NCBI GenBank assembly: GCA_028819235.1
Contig: JAPPMC010000194.1
Coordinates: 3,913 to 67,912 of the forward strand
Source of the DNA: Bryobacterales bacterium
GTDB lineage: Bacteria > Acidobacteriota > Terriglobia > Bryobacterales > UBA6623
Direction: 5' to 3'
Length of the DNA stretch: 64,000 bases
Each line of letters begins with the position of its first letter. Positions within the stretch are counted from its first letter, which is position 1. The position numbers and the translations under genes were made by a program. Below, piece by piece: positions 28,296 to 37,549 of the stretch. The notes beneath the pieces were generated by a model, which worked only from the letters and a program-made list of their open reading frames with translations, did not search any database and had not been told where the DNA came from.

Positions 28296-30803
28296 CTACT
28301 CCCAGTCCACCCAGACCGGACTGACCCAGGCGTACTGCTGGTCGGCTCGGCGGACGCGCAGATAGCAGTAGCTGGGCCTGCCGTCGGGCCGCGGCCCCGA
28401 CCGGTCAAGAAACTCGAACTCGGTGGCCTCGCCCTCAGCCCGTGTGGCGTGGACTACCTTGTGGTCCTTGACCACCTCGATCAGTTCTGCCGGCGTCCCG
28501 CTCTCAACCCGGACCTGAATTAGCAGCGGATCAGCCCTGCCCACGTTGACCGAAGTCCCGATGAAGGCACCGTTCACCCTGAAATCGATCAGGAAGCGGC
28601 CGCCGGTCGAAGCGAAGACCCTTCTCGAGCGAATCGCTTCAAAAACCCCGTCACGAGTCAGATCCTTCACGTAGGCTCCTGTGATCCCGTTGTCCTCGCC
28701 CGTGCCCATCCAGTGCGAGTCGCCTGACCCGACGAAGCCGATGCGATACCCGCGCTCCAAGGCCTCCCAAACCGCCGACACCGGGCCCTGGTCCTTGAAC
28801 TCGACGGCCTCCTCCCGGGCCTCGCGCCACGCGGAAGTGATCTCGAAGACCGGCTGGAGTTCGGAGTCGTAGCCAGTCCAGTCGTTGTGGTGCGGCTGCA
28901 GGATGACGTCCCAAGGGCGGATTAGCGAGAAGAGCTTGAATACCGTGTTCGAGGTGACGGTCGTCGACCGGAAGATGGGAGCGTTGTCATTGCGGAAGTA
29001 CATCGCGCGGTGGCCGCCGCGCTCGTCTTGACTCTCGGTGGTCCACTCCCACCCACTTAGTGCGACTCGCCCCGGCGCCTCCTCGTAGACCCCTGCGAGG
29101 GCCTGCACTTCCGCCCACTCGGACTGGGTGAGGAAGTCGGGAGTGAAGTCGTGGTTCGACGAGGCCACGAAGTCCATGCCTGTGACGAACAGGCCGTGCG
29201 CGTAGTACATGTCGAAGGTACCGATGCCGTCGTTCTCGGTGTGGCCGTGCATGTCGCCCCAGACCAAGCGGTATCGCTCACCGCCAACATCGAGCGACCT
29301 TGGACTCTCTCGGATGTATTCGCGCGGTCGCAGCGCCTGAATGGGACCCTGCTCGTCTATGACTTCAGCGAACCGGGCCCGCCGCTCATCCAGGTCAATG
29401 CGGTGCGAGTATATGTCGGCTCCGTAACCTCCCGGCCTTTGGGTGATGTCGAACGCCCATAGGCGGTCAGCAATGTGCCGACGCCTCGGCACCTCATACG
29501 CGGTCCAGAGCCATCCGCCCCCGTCGTCGAGCGCTGTGACAAGCTGGTTTGCGAGGGGCACTTGGTAGGGTCCCCTCCCGCTTGACGCAAGATCGACGCC
29601 CGTCCGGACGGACGGCAGCTGGAAGGCGGTATACGGATTGGGGTCATGGAAGAGCAGCTTGGGCTCGGACCACTTTCCTGCCCTGAGCACGCGCCCGGAG
29701 AAGGAAACGCTGGACATGCGACCGCCTCCGAGCCAGAAGAGCCACATGTCGCCGTTCTGGCGCGAGAGCAGCTGGGGGTATCGCTCCTCGCTCATGGCGT
29801 GGGCCGCCCAATACGGCGAATGCCGGGTGAGGCGGCCGGGATCCGCCGATTGCTCGAACGGCGACGGCGCCCACTCCCAGCCGTTATCGCCCAGTACCTT
29901 CGCAAAGATGCTCCGGCCGCGGTATGCGAACCGCCCGCCCACGGTCTCCCGCCGCTCCCACGCCACCCAGACCCGACCGTCTGGGCCGCGCGCTTGGGAC
30001 GGTGCCGTGTCCCATAGCCGCGAAGACGTCAGCCGCTCGACGGGCCCTCCCGCCGAGCGCGCGTAGACGTCGTAATTGCCGTCTCTTTCTTCGTCCCACG
30101 CAACCCTCCACGCCCCGTCCCCCAACGCTAGGATGTGCGGGCGAAAGCAACGACCTTCACCGTCGTCCAGACGAATGGGCTGTCCCCACCCGTCTCCATC
30201 CAGGACGAGTGCATTGAGTTCGATGCGGGGAGGGGCCAACTTGCGGATGACAGCGACACCCTGCCCCGAAGGCAGCGGAGCCGCACGTATCTCAAGCGCT
30301 CCGGCCGTTCCCGGGATTTCGCGCTCCGGAGACCACGAGCGCCCATCGTGCACCCTCTCAAATGCGGCCCAAGCCCCCCTCCGGCGTGCCGTCCAAACGA
30401 CCCGAAGCTCATTCCCACGAGCGATCAGCGCCGGGCGGTGGTTCACTCCGGGCACTTCGCTCACGGTTACCTCGTCATGCCAGTCGCGCCCGTCGAAGCG
30501 GCGTGCGAAGACCGAGTCCTGTCCGTCGTCTGGCCAGCTCCAAGCAGCGATGTCGGGATCTTCAACGGGCCACTTCTCGGTCTTCGGCCGACACGATGTC
30601 CACGCGATCCACACCGACCCGTCGTCCAAGCGCGCGATTGCGGGCCGCTCGGCGTTTTCGATCGTGTCCGCCGTGATCTTGCTTGGAAACGTCATCGGAA
30701 CAGGGAGCCAATTGCGCGATGGCTCCGAGGGAGGCTCGTAGAACTGTCCCGGGAGACCCGCGATCAGCACGGGTAGGAGCGCGGCAAGTCGGAGATGTCC
30801 CAT
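28296..30803 (-). CDS. Secreted protein: N-terminal Trp-rich beta-propeller/BNR-like repeats + C-terminal PHP/CehA-McbA-like metallohydrolase domain
   Basis: 835 aa with a signal-like N-terminus. Repeats recur as VWIAWTS, LRVVWTA, WRVAWDE and VWVAWER. The C-terminal half has WGDMHGHTENDG, FVASSNHDF and GFVGSGDSHW, and ends YCYLRVRRADQQYAWVSPVWV. It is a paralogue of 32728-35226. Confidence 0.6.
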   Translation of the reverse strand: MGHLRLAALLPVLIAGLPGQFYEPPSEPSRNWLPVPMTFPSKITADTIENAERPAIARLDDGSVWIAWTSCRPKTEKWPVEDPDIAAWSWPDDGQDSVFARRFDGRDWHDEVTVSEVPGVNHRPALIARGNELRVVWTARRRGAWAAFERVHDGRSWSPEREIPGTAGALEIRAAPLPSGQGVAVIRKLAPPRIELNALVLDGDGWGQPIRLDDGEGRCFRPHILALGDGAWRVAWDEERDGNYDVYARSAGGPVERLTSSRLWDTAPSQARGPDGRVWVAWERRETVGGRFAYRGRSIFAKVLGDNGWEWAPSPFEQSADPGRLTRHSPYWAAHAMSEERYPQLLSRQNGDMWLFWLGGGRMSSVSFSGRVLRAGKWSEPKLLFHDPNPYTAFQLPSVRTGVDLASSGRGPYQVPLANQLVTALDDGGGWLWTAYEVPRRRHIADRLWAFDITQRPGGYGADIYSHRIDLDERRARFAEVIDEQGPIQALRPREYIRESPRSLDVGGERYRLVWGDMHGHTENDGIGTFDMYYAHGLFVTGMDFVASSNHDFTPDFLTQSEWAEVQALAGVYEEAPGRVALSGWEWTTESQDERGGHRAMYFRNDNAPIFRSTTVTSNTVFKLFSLIRPWDVILQPHHNDWTGYDSELQPVFEITSAWREAREEAVEFKDQGPVSAVWEALERGYRIGFVGSGDSHWMGTGEDNGITGAYVKDLTRDGVFEAIRSRRVFASTGGRFLIDFRVNGAFIGTSVNVGRADPLLIQVRVESGTPAELIEVVKDHKVVHATRAEGEATEFEFLDRSGPRPDGRPSYCYLRVRRADQQYAWVSPVWVDWE

Positions 30804-31400
30804 ATGCCGGTGATTGTAACGGCGAAACCTGCGGCCCGGCGCTCAAGGGGCACACTTTGCGGTCTGGGAGAACGCGCCTACAATGCCTCTCGACGATCTA
30901 CGACGCCCTGGCCCCGCTGGCGAGCAACAGAGTTAATGACATGGGCTAACGGTCGATGTCGCAGTCTCGACCTTTGGGCCGCCTTGACATCGGCAAGGCC
31001 AACGGGCTGGAGCGACCGAGTGCAGTCCTGCGCTTTCCCTTGCAGGTCTCCCGCAATCCCCTCGACAGCGAGGAAGTGGATCTCTGCTTGCCGCACTCTA
31101 GGAGCGGTTCTTGCGTTGAAGGTGGCTGCCTAAGCCGCTGCGGCAGGCAGCGGCTGTGACTGGGCGACGGTTTCGGGCCGGTCGATTCGGGATGATGTGT
31201 GGACCGGAGGGAGACGATTCTCCAGGGTCAGTGCGGCTGCGTGGGCCTCCAGCCGCTGGATTGGGACACCCGGGCCTTGCAGCAAGGCCTCGATGATTGT
31301 CAGGGCAGGATGGCAAGCCGGTGGAATGAGCGAGTCCGGCTGCGGACTTCCCGCTCGCCCGGGTCGCCTAAGGGCTTCCTTGGGCAAAGGGGGCTCGACG

Positions 31401-32390
31401 CTAGGGATTTCGCCTCGTCGGACGGGCTTGGCCGCTAAGGTCTCGGAGTTGCTGCTCCAGCATCTGGATTCTCTTCTCCGCCACGCTCGCCCGATCCTGC
31501 GCGGCCCTCGCTTCCTCCTGCGCGGCTCTCGCTTCGTCCTTCGCAGCCCTCGCTTCGTCCTTGGCAGCCCTCGCTTCGTCCTTGGCGGCCCTCGCTTCGT
31601 CCCTTGCGGCGGTCAGCTGCTCCTTCGCGACCTTGGCCCGATCCTCTGCGACGCTCGCCCGATCCTCCGCAAGCCTCCGCCGACGCTCGGGTCCCTCCAG
31701 CGCACCGTCGAACTCTTCCCCTGTCTCCGGGTCGCGAATCACCAGCACCGTCGCCCCGTTCCGACTCTCGGCGCGCAGGTCCAATCCCAGCACCCTGCTC
31801 CGCAGGTACCCGACCCCGCCCGTGCCTTCGACCTCCTCCACCCAGCGATAGCGGTGCCCCTTGGCGCGGTAGCCTTCCAACGGCGCCTCCAGGATTGTCC
31901 CTTGCGGGTCGAGCCGCCAGTACTCGAGAACACCGATGCTGGCGTACTTCCGCGCTTTGTCCAGCGCGTCTCTGTCTGCGGTCGACGGCGACGCCACCTC
32001 CAGGACAAAGTCCGGGGCCTTGCGTTCCTCCCAAACCTTGTACGAGCTGCGCTCCCTCCCACGCTCCACGCCGAAGACCACCAGCACGTCCGGCTGCAGC
32101 CAAGTCTCCTCGTCTCCGTGCTCGAAGTACACCGCCAACTCCATGGCCACCAGCACATCGTCGCGCTTCCTGAAATGCTGCCGCAACGCCGTCCTGGCCT
32201 GCGCGACAGCGTCACCGTGCCAGAGGCTCTGCGCGATCCAGTGCCTGCCCGGGTACTCGAGCGCGTCGGGCTCGCTTGCCACCGCTCCGGCCACCGGCGC
32301 GGGCACTGCCGAGTATTGTGTCGAACCAGACGCCACTGCCAAGACACCGGAGCCAGCTTCACGCCAGCTCCTTTCCACGCCAGCATACAA
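31401..32390 (-). CDS. Uma2-family (DUF820) PD-(D/E)XK endonuclease with C-terminal heptad-repeat tail
   Basis: Uma2 hallmarks: LQPDVLVVFGV...KAPDFVLEVASPSTADRDALDKARKYASIGVLEYWRLDP. The C-terminus is (DEARAAK)n, a coiled-coil-like array. Confidence 0.8.
   Translation of the reverse strand: MYAGVERSWREAGSGVLAVASGSTQYSAVPAPVAGAVASEPDALEYPGRHWIAQSLWHGDAVAQARTALRQHFRKRDDVLVAMELAVYFEHGDEETWLQPDVLVVFGVERGRERSSYKVWEERKAPDFVLEVASPSTADRDALDKARKYASIGVLEYWRLDPQGTILEAPLEGYRAKGHRYRWVEEVEGTGGVGYLRSRVLGLDLRAESRNGATVLVIRDPETGEEFDGALEGPERRRRLAEDRASVAEDRAKVAKEQLTAARDEARAAKDEARAAKDEARAAKDEARAAQEEARAAQDRASVAEKRIQMLEQQLRDLSGQARPTRRNP
31498..31602. repeat. Five tandem copies of a 21-bp unit (consensus ttggcRgccctcgcttcgtcc), in frame within the Uma2 gene tail
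   Basis: Read directly. Units start at 31498, 31519, 31540, 31561 and 31582 with 1-3 mismatches. They encode DEARAAK/EEARAAQ heptads on the minus strand. Confidence 0.9.
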
Positions 32391-32727
32391 CCTCGGTGAG
32401 TAAGAGCGGCCTTGCCGAGCACGGGGGCCGCTGTCCCTTGACCGCGTGCGACTGACTACGGATGACGAACAATGACGCCATGCGGGGCTCAGACACTCTA
32501 CCTGCGGCTAGGTCTGGCTTCGGAACGTCCTAGGCCCAAGAGTCACACGCCATCTGCGATAAGGCCTGACTCCACCGACAATGCCCGTCGCCCCTTCGAT
32601 GGCCGGAGATGTGGAACACGGGCAGCAAGGGTGGCGGCCAGCCGACACTGCACGCTCCGGGCAACATTGCTGTGCCGGTCAGCCTCTCCGGCAATCTGGA
32701 GTCGGTGCCGCGAGGCAGCCCGACAGG

Positions 32728-35226
32728 TTACTTGGGCCTGTAATTCACCCAGATCGGCGAGGCCCAAGCCATTTGCCCGTCTTCCTGCTGGATCCGGACG
32801 TAGTAGTAACTCTCACCGGGCTGCGCATCCCCGTCCCTGTAAACGAAGGAAACGGACCTGTCCGAGGGACCAGCTTCATATACGTATGCGTTGTTCTTGA
32901 TGATCTGGATCTTGTGGATCGGACCCGTTCCGCGCACGGCCACTTGGACGGCCGGCGACTCTCGAGTCGTGACCGAATCGCCCATAATGGCATCGCCGAC
33001 CCTCACGTCAACCACGATGTTGTCTGTGGCGGCATAGGCGTGGCGCTGCTGTAGCGCGCGGAAGATCGCCTCGCGGGTAGGCTCTTCAGCGTAGACGGCT
33101 GCATAGGAGATGTGGGTTGAGCGGTGGTCCGACGAGGCGATGAAGCCGATCTTGTAACCCTTGGCAAGAGCGCTTTGGGCGAATCCGGCCGAGTGCCGTT
33201 CGGACGAGGCGGCCCGCGGAGCACCGAAGGCCTCGTAACTCAGCCGGCACCCTTGGTAGATCTCGAGGAGTGGCTCTAGAGCTGGGTCGTTGAAGGCGAA
33301 GTTGGTACCGCCGCCCGCAGCTGTCGTGTGTGGGATGCTCAACACCTGCTGTCCTCGCAGGCGCTCCCACAGGCGCAGCTCTTCTGGCTCCCTTGGGAAG
33401 TCTTCGCTCTCGCGATTACGGTCGATCGTTCGGTTTAGCGCAGGAGCGCCCCGCTCAAGGTGGATGATGTTGCGGTGCCCGTATGGCCAGCGGATGGAGC
33501 GCTCGTACCCGAACAGTGGTGCGAGGCGTCCTCGCACGTAGAAGGCGTCGGCGAGCTTCTGAGTGCGCCACCAGTCGTATCCCCGATCTTCGGGGTCGTC
33601 CTTTAGGCCGTTAGCCCCGTAGTAATGGTCCGTGCTGGCGATGAAGTCCAGCTCGGCGGCGTCTAGGGCGTAGCGGTACAAGTCCCACAGGGTCCCGTCG
33701 AATCCGCCGTCAGCGCTGATCTCGGTGTGCCGGTGGAGATCTCCCCAATAGAGCTGGTAGCGCTTGGACCCTGCGGCCACGGACCTGCGCCGGTCGGGCC
33801 AGGCCGTCCTCTGGTACGGCCGTCCCTCGGTGACGGGTTCGGCGAGCACCAACCGCTGTTGGGCCGGGGCCGACGCCCCACCTTCCGCGACCCGAATCTT
33901 CCCGAGGGAGCGAACGTTGTGCGGAACCACGGGCTCGTCTGGCTGCCAGCGGTCGTCGGAGGGATAGGCAATCCAGAGCTGCCCGCCTGGGTCTCGCGCC
34001 ACTGCGATCCGCTGGTCGTTGCTGCCGGCGCTGTGCTGCACTCGCTGCGGTTCCGTCCAGCGGTCATCGCTGTAGACCATGGAGTGAATGTTCCACGCCG
34101 CGGGGCGTTCCTTCATGCTTCCCCCATCGTCTCGGGGCACCCAGCGGCGGAGAAACAGCCGCGGAGATCCGCCCGAGTCAATGACCATCTGCGGGACTTC
34201 GTAGGAAAGGGCAAACTGCGGATCCATGGAATCCTCGAGACCGCCGGCGGGGGCCCACCGCCGCCCGCCAGCGAACACCGCGACACCAATCTTCTGCGTG
34301 TAGCGCATGCTGACCAGCTGGCCAACCGATCCATCAACGCTCCAAGGAGGCGGCGGCCCCCAATCTCCCCGCCTAGCCTCCCTTGACCAAATGGGCTGGT
34401 CCAGCCCCCAGCCCGGACCTTGGTCATCCCATGCGATCCAAGCACGGCCCTCGCCGTCCACGGCGACTGACGCCCGGGCTTCGAACCGTGGCGAGTCGGT
34501 AATCGGGTGTTCCCGAGACAGGAGGCCGTCGCTCAGGATCCTGAGGTAGACGTCATAGTCTCCGTGGCGGTAGGTGTCGTACACGATGAAGAGGCGTCCC
34601 TCGGCGTCTAGCGCCGCGTCCGGGCGCCAGTCATTGGCCTCGTGCGAAGTGATGGGCACGGTTTGGGACCAGCGAGTACCGTCGTGGGCCTTGATGTAGA
34701 TGTTCGAATCGCCGGAGCGGAACGACTGCCAAACCAGAAACAGATTTCCCCGCGCATCCGCCAGCAATCGGGGGTGGAAGTCGGACTGGGGATCTGAGGT
34801 CAGGCGCTCCACGGCCGTCCACTGCCCTGACCGCCAGGCCCGCGCGTACAGGTCGAAGTTTCCGTCGACCTGAGCCGCCCATACGACCCACACTCGTCCA
34901 TCGGGCCTGACCGCCAACTCGGTCTGAAGGTAGTCTCCGGGTCCGGTACTGACGGTCATCGGCTCCTCCCACTGAGAACCGGATCGACGGCGGACCTTGA
35001 CCTCGTCAGATCCTGAGCCGTCATACTCGATCCAGGCGACCCAGAGATCGCCATTCCGGGCAAAGTCCGCAGACGGCCAGTCGGAGTGCCTATGGGGATC
35101 TGAGACTACGACCGGGGCGGCGGTCAGGATTTGTGCCGCCAAGCCCGCGCAAGTGACGGCTGTCGCGATCGCACGTGCGACCGCAGGTCCGAAGGCGCGC
35201 GCTGGGAGTGGGGCGAATTGGCGCAT
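32728..35226 (-). CDS. Secreted protein: beta-propeller/BNR-like repeats + PHP/CehA-McbA-like metallohydrolase domain (paralogue of 28296-30803)
   Basis: 832 aa. Repeats: LWVAWIE, VWVVWAA, LFLVWQS, AWIAWDD. The C-terminal half has YWGDLHRHTEISADGG, FIASTDHYYG and GFIASSDHRSTH, and ends YYYVRIQQEDGQMAWASPIWV. Confidence 0.6.
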   Translation of the reverse strand: MRQFAPLPARAFGPAVARAIATAVTCAGLAAQILTAAPVVVSDPHRHSDWPSADFARNGDLWVAWIEYDGSGSDEVKVRRRSGSQWEEPMTVSTGPGDYLQTELAVRPDGRVWVVWAAQVDGNFDLYARAWRSGQWTAVERLTSDPQSDFHPRLLADARGNLFLVWQSFRSGDSNIYIKAHDGTRWSQTVPITSHEANDWRPDAALDAEGRLFIVYDTYRHGDYDVYLRILSDGLLSREHPITDSPRFEARASVAVDGEGRAWIAWDDQGPGWGLDQPIWSREARRGDWGPPPPWSVDGSVGQLVSMRYTQKIGVAVFAGGRRWAPAGGLEDSMDPQFALSYEVPQMVIDSGGSPRLFLRRWVPRDDGGSMKERPAAWNIHSMVYSDDRWTEPQRVQHSAGSNDQRIAVARDPGGQLWIAYPSDDRWQPDEPVVPHNVRSLGKIRVAEGGASAPAQQRLVLAEPVTEGRPYQRTAWPDRRRSVAAGSKRYQLYWGDLHRHTEISADGGFDGTLWDLYRYALDAAELDFIASTDHYYGANGLKDDPEDRGYDWWRTQKLADAFYVRGRLAPLFGYERSIRWPYGHRNIIHLERGAPALNRTIDRNRESEDFPREPEELRLWERLRGQQVLSIPHTTAAGGGTNFAFNDPALEPLLEIYQGCRLSYEAFGAPRAASSERHSAGFAQSALAKGYKIGFIASSDHRSTHISYAAVYAEEPTREAIFRALQQRHAYAATDNIVVDVRVGDAIMGDSVTTRESPAVQVAVRGTGPIHKIQIIKNNAYVYEAGPSDRSVSFVYRDGDAQPGESYYYVRIQQEDGQMAWASPIWVNYRPK

Positions 35227-35430
35227 GAGTGTTCAGTGAAGGCCCGGAACTACATGAAGCCCAAAGTTCTGCCGGATGGCTCGGAGCCGTGCCAAGTCGC
35301 GAAAGGGGCTGGCGACTCAGCAAACGTGGCGGAGGTGGGCAGTTGAGACCGAGCAAGAACACGATATCAACGATCGGGCAAGCCGGGCGGGCTCCAAGAC
35401 AGTCCGACAGTTCGACATCAAATCGGCGGA
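35071..35430. repeat. Copy A of a ~360-bp dispersed direct repeat (5' end plus upstream region of the 832-aa hydrolase gene)
   Basis: 35071-35225 aligns nearly base for base with 38324-38480 (agacggccagtcggagtgcctatg...gggcgaattg). Patchy similarity continues upstream (gcaagaacacgatatca at about 35352 versus about 38606). Confidence 0.8.
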
Positions 35431-35755
35431 GGTCTGCGGAGCCCCACTCGCCGGGCACTTACCATTCCTCCGGGAAGGGCCTCTCCTGGGAACAGGCCGT
35501 CGGGAACGCTGTCTGTGCGGATGCCGCGGCAACCGCCCCACAAGAGTCAATGCACACGACGCCATCCCTCGACAATCGGCCGCTTGTATCAAGCCTGTCG
35601 CGCCATTGTCATCACACTCCCCAGACGGTAACCGACCTCGCCGGTGCCGTCTCCTCGCGGCAGAGTGCATCCTGCGCCCACGAGATGCCATCGCGAAGGT
35701 CGAAGACGATGGGGTGCCCTGAGTCCGCCCGGTAGCGGTCCATGTATCGCACAAG

Positions 35756-36232
35756 CTAGGCGGTCCACTCCGCCACCAAGCTCTTGAGGCGGCGCCCGCT
35801 TAGCAACACCTTGCATCCGACGACGTACCGGAGGGTTGGCCCGTCGGCGACAGGCCAGCGGGTGGAAGGGTCGGTCCGCCCACGACCCAAACCATACTCA
35901 CGGTCGACATGCCCGACACTGTCGATCACACCTTTCAGAAAGGCCTGCAAGTCCAGTTGGGGCCCGGCCTATACGTACCGGAACTGCTTGTCGAGTGTTC
36001 GGAATGCTCGCTGAAGAACTGCTGAGAATGCTCGATCAGCAAACTGAGTCGGAGCGACCCGTCCGGGTTGCGATACCGTGCAGGGTCCACTGGCAACCTC
36101 TCCCGAAGAGCGAGTCTGAGCTACCGCGCTACAACCTCGCGGAAGATCGGGTTGGCGATCCGGATTGGCGGATCTTGCGAAATAGGGCCGAGTTCGCCCA
36201 CGTAGTCACTGATTTCCGGTAATCGTGGCATG
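35756..36232 (-). pseudogene. Broken C-terminal fragment of an ATPase-associated PD-(D/E)XK-family protein
   Basis: Three frame-shifted pieces on the minus strand: MPRLPEISDYVGELGPISQDPPIRIANPIFREVVAR*; then ...YRNPDGSLRLSLLIEHSQQFFSEHSEH...; then QLDLQAFLKGVIDSVGHVDREYGLGRGRTDPSTRWPV...GCKVLL. These resemble the conserved IANPIYREV ... LQAFL ... REYGLGRGRTDL ... E-x-K tail of a recurrent AAA-ATPase/PD-(D/E)XK family. No N-terminal ATPase part is present. Confidence 0.55.
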
Positions 36233-36269
36233 CGGAGGCGGAGGCGTAGACGTGACAGCCGCATTTCAG

Positions 36270-36345
36270 GATATCTGCATATGCCAGAGGCATCCTATTT
36301 CTGACTTTAGGATGTACAGATATACTGCTTCACATCGCAGATATC
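36270..36345. promoter_or_regulatory. AT-rich spot with a perfect 9-bp inverted repeat (gatatctgc ... gcagatatc) and a third half-site
   Basis: gatatctgc at 36270-36278 and gcagatatc at 36337-36345. cagatat also occurs at 36317-36323. The surrounding ~110 bp (36240-36350) is far AT-richer than the rest of the window. It directly abuts the truncation point of the pseudogene fragment. Confidence 0.3.
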
Positions 36346-36931
36346 ATTCATGATGTGTCGCTCAGGCTCCGGTCAGAGGGTCTGGCGGGGCGTTGCGCTG
36401 GCCCGCGGCTGCCCGAATCGGACACGGTAACGCCTGCCTTGGCCGGGGCTCCGCTGGCTACATCGCCTGTCGCTTTTTTGGCGCTGGGAGCGGTGGCCTG
36501 CGGAGCCCGAATCCGAAATCGGGCCGATTTGCGCTGGCCCGATTCAAGGTCACGTCCCAAGTTGCTGGCGGGTCTTGGCGAGCGCGGTGCCACCAGAATC
36601 GCCACGACTGGCGCTGGAAGACTTCCCAAGTGCGATCCGAACCAGACCGCGCCGACCACGGCAGCCCGAATCGACCGTAGGCAGGGGCCGGCGGGCGGCT
36701 AGGCCCTGAGTGTCGCGCCGGTCGCCCCCGGCGGCCGGGCTCAATCGCCGCGTGCCCCCTCCCCTCCAAGAGTCCGCCCCAGTTGCTCGAGCGGGAAGTT
36801 GAAGGCAGTGGTCACTCTTGAAGTTCGCTTCGAACGGCCCCCCGCTCAACCCCATCCTCAGCTGCCTCGTCGCCAGAAGCGCGACACACCTTGTTCGACG
36901 ATTGCCAGGAATCAGAGACCGGGGCAGCCAA

Positions 36932-37549
36932 TCAGTGGCGTAATCCCCCGCGACCCGCGTTGCGGCCTTCCAAGTGCCCGTAGCGGTTGTCGCCGTCCAT
37001 GGAGCGGTCGGCAGGCCAGAGGCGAGCCAAGATGCCCGCTGCATTCTGAAAATTCTTCCGCCGCGGAGGGGCGTCAGGGAAGACTTGGTCATGCAGGTCC
37101 CAGACCTGCCTGGCCTCGTGCAACTCCAAGCGCTCCGCCAGAAACGCAATATCCCCGGCGTCCTTGGGCCGTCCGGCGCGCACCTTCATGGCCAGAAGGT
37201 GTTTGGCGGAAGCGCCCGTCACGGTCAGGTTGCGGTCCGCATACACCGTCTGGGCCAAGTGATCGGTGCGGCGGGGCACGGCCATTACCGCTTGCTCATT
37301 CAGCCATGTAGAGGGCCAGCGATGCCGATACGCGATTTTGCTCACCGCCTCCATGAGGTGGCCGTGCCCGGCCTCCACGACGGCATCAATGTCGACCGTT
37401 AACCGACGATTGTCGAAGCCGAGCGCGATGGCCGCGCCGCCGATTATGTAGATGTGCGCCCGCGCTCGGCGGAACCGTAACTCTTCGGACAATTCACGAA
37501 AGGCGGCCTCCAGGGTATCGACGGAAAACGGCTCCATACTCGCGCTCAC
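36932..37549 (-). CDS. Nucleotidyltransferase-fold protein (DUF6036 / AbiEii-like minimal NTase)
   Basis: MEPFSVDTLEAAFRELSEELRFRRARAHIYIIGGAAIALGFDNRRLTVDIDAVVE... (GG-x-A...T-x-DID pattern), then HLLAMKVRAGRPKDAGDIAFLAERL. This is typical of small NTase proteins from toxin-antitoxin-like pairs. Confidence 0.55.
   Translation of the reverse strand: MSASMEPFSVDTLEAAFRELSEELRFRRARAHIYIIGGAAIALGFDNRRLTVDIDAVVEAGHGHLMEAVSKIAYRHRWPSTWLNEQAVMAVPRRTDHLAQTVYADRNLTVTGASAKHLLAMKVRAGRPKDAGDIAFLAERLELHEARQVWDLHDQVFPDAPPRRKNFQNAAGILARLWPADRSMDGDNRYGHLEGRNAGRGGLRH

Noticed and set aside
31498-31602. Regularly spaced short repeats, checked as a possible CRISPR array (as was the 690-bp periodicity at 47.7-49.7 kb).
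   Set aside because: The units are directly adjacent with no unique spacers, and they are in frame within protein-coding genes (heptad tail; Sel1 super-repeats). They are not CRISPR.
36348-36702. Overlapping ORFs on both strands (103, 115 and 95 aa) in the GC-rich gap next to the AT-rich inverted repeat.
   Set aside because: They are mutually overlapping, low-complexity (Ala/Gly/Arg/Pro/Ser) and motif-free. None can be preferred, so the region is probably non-coding or fully decayed.
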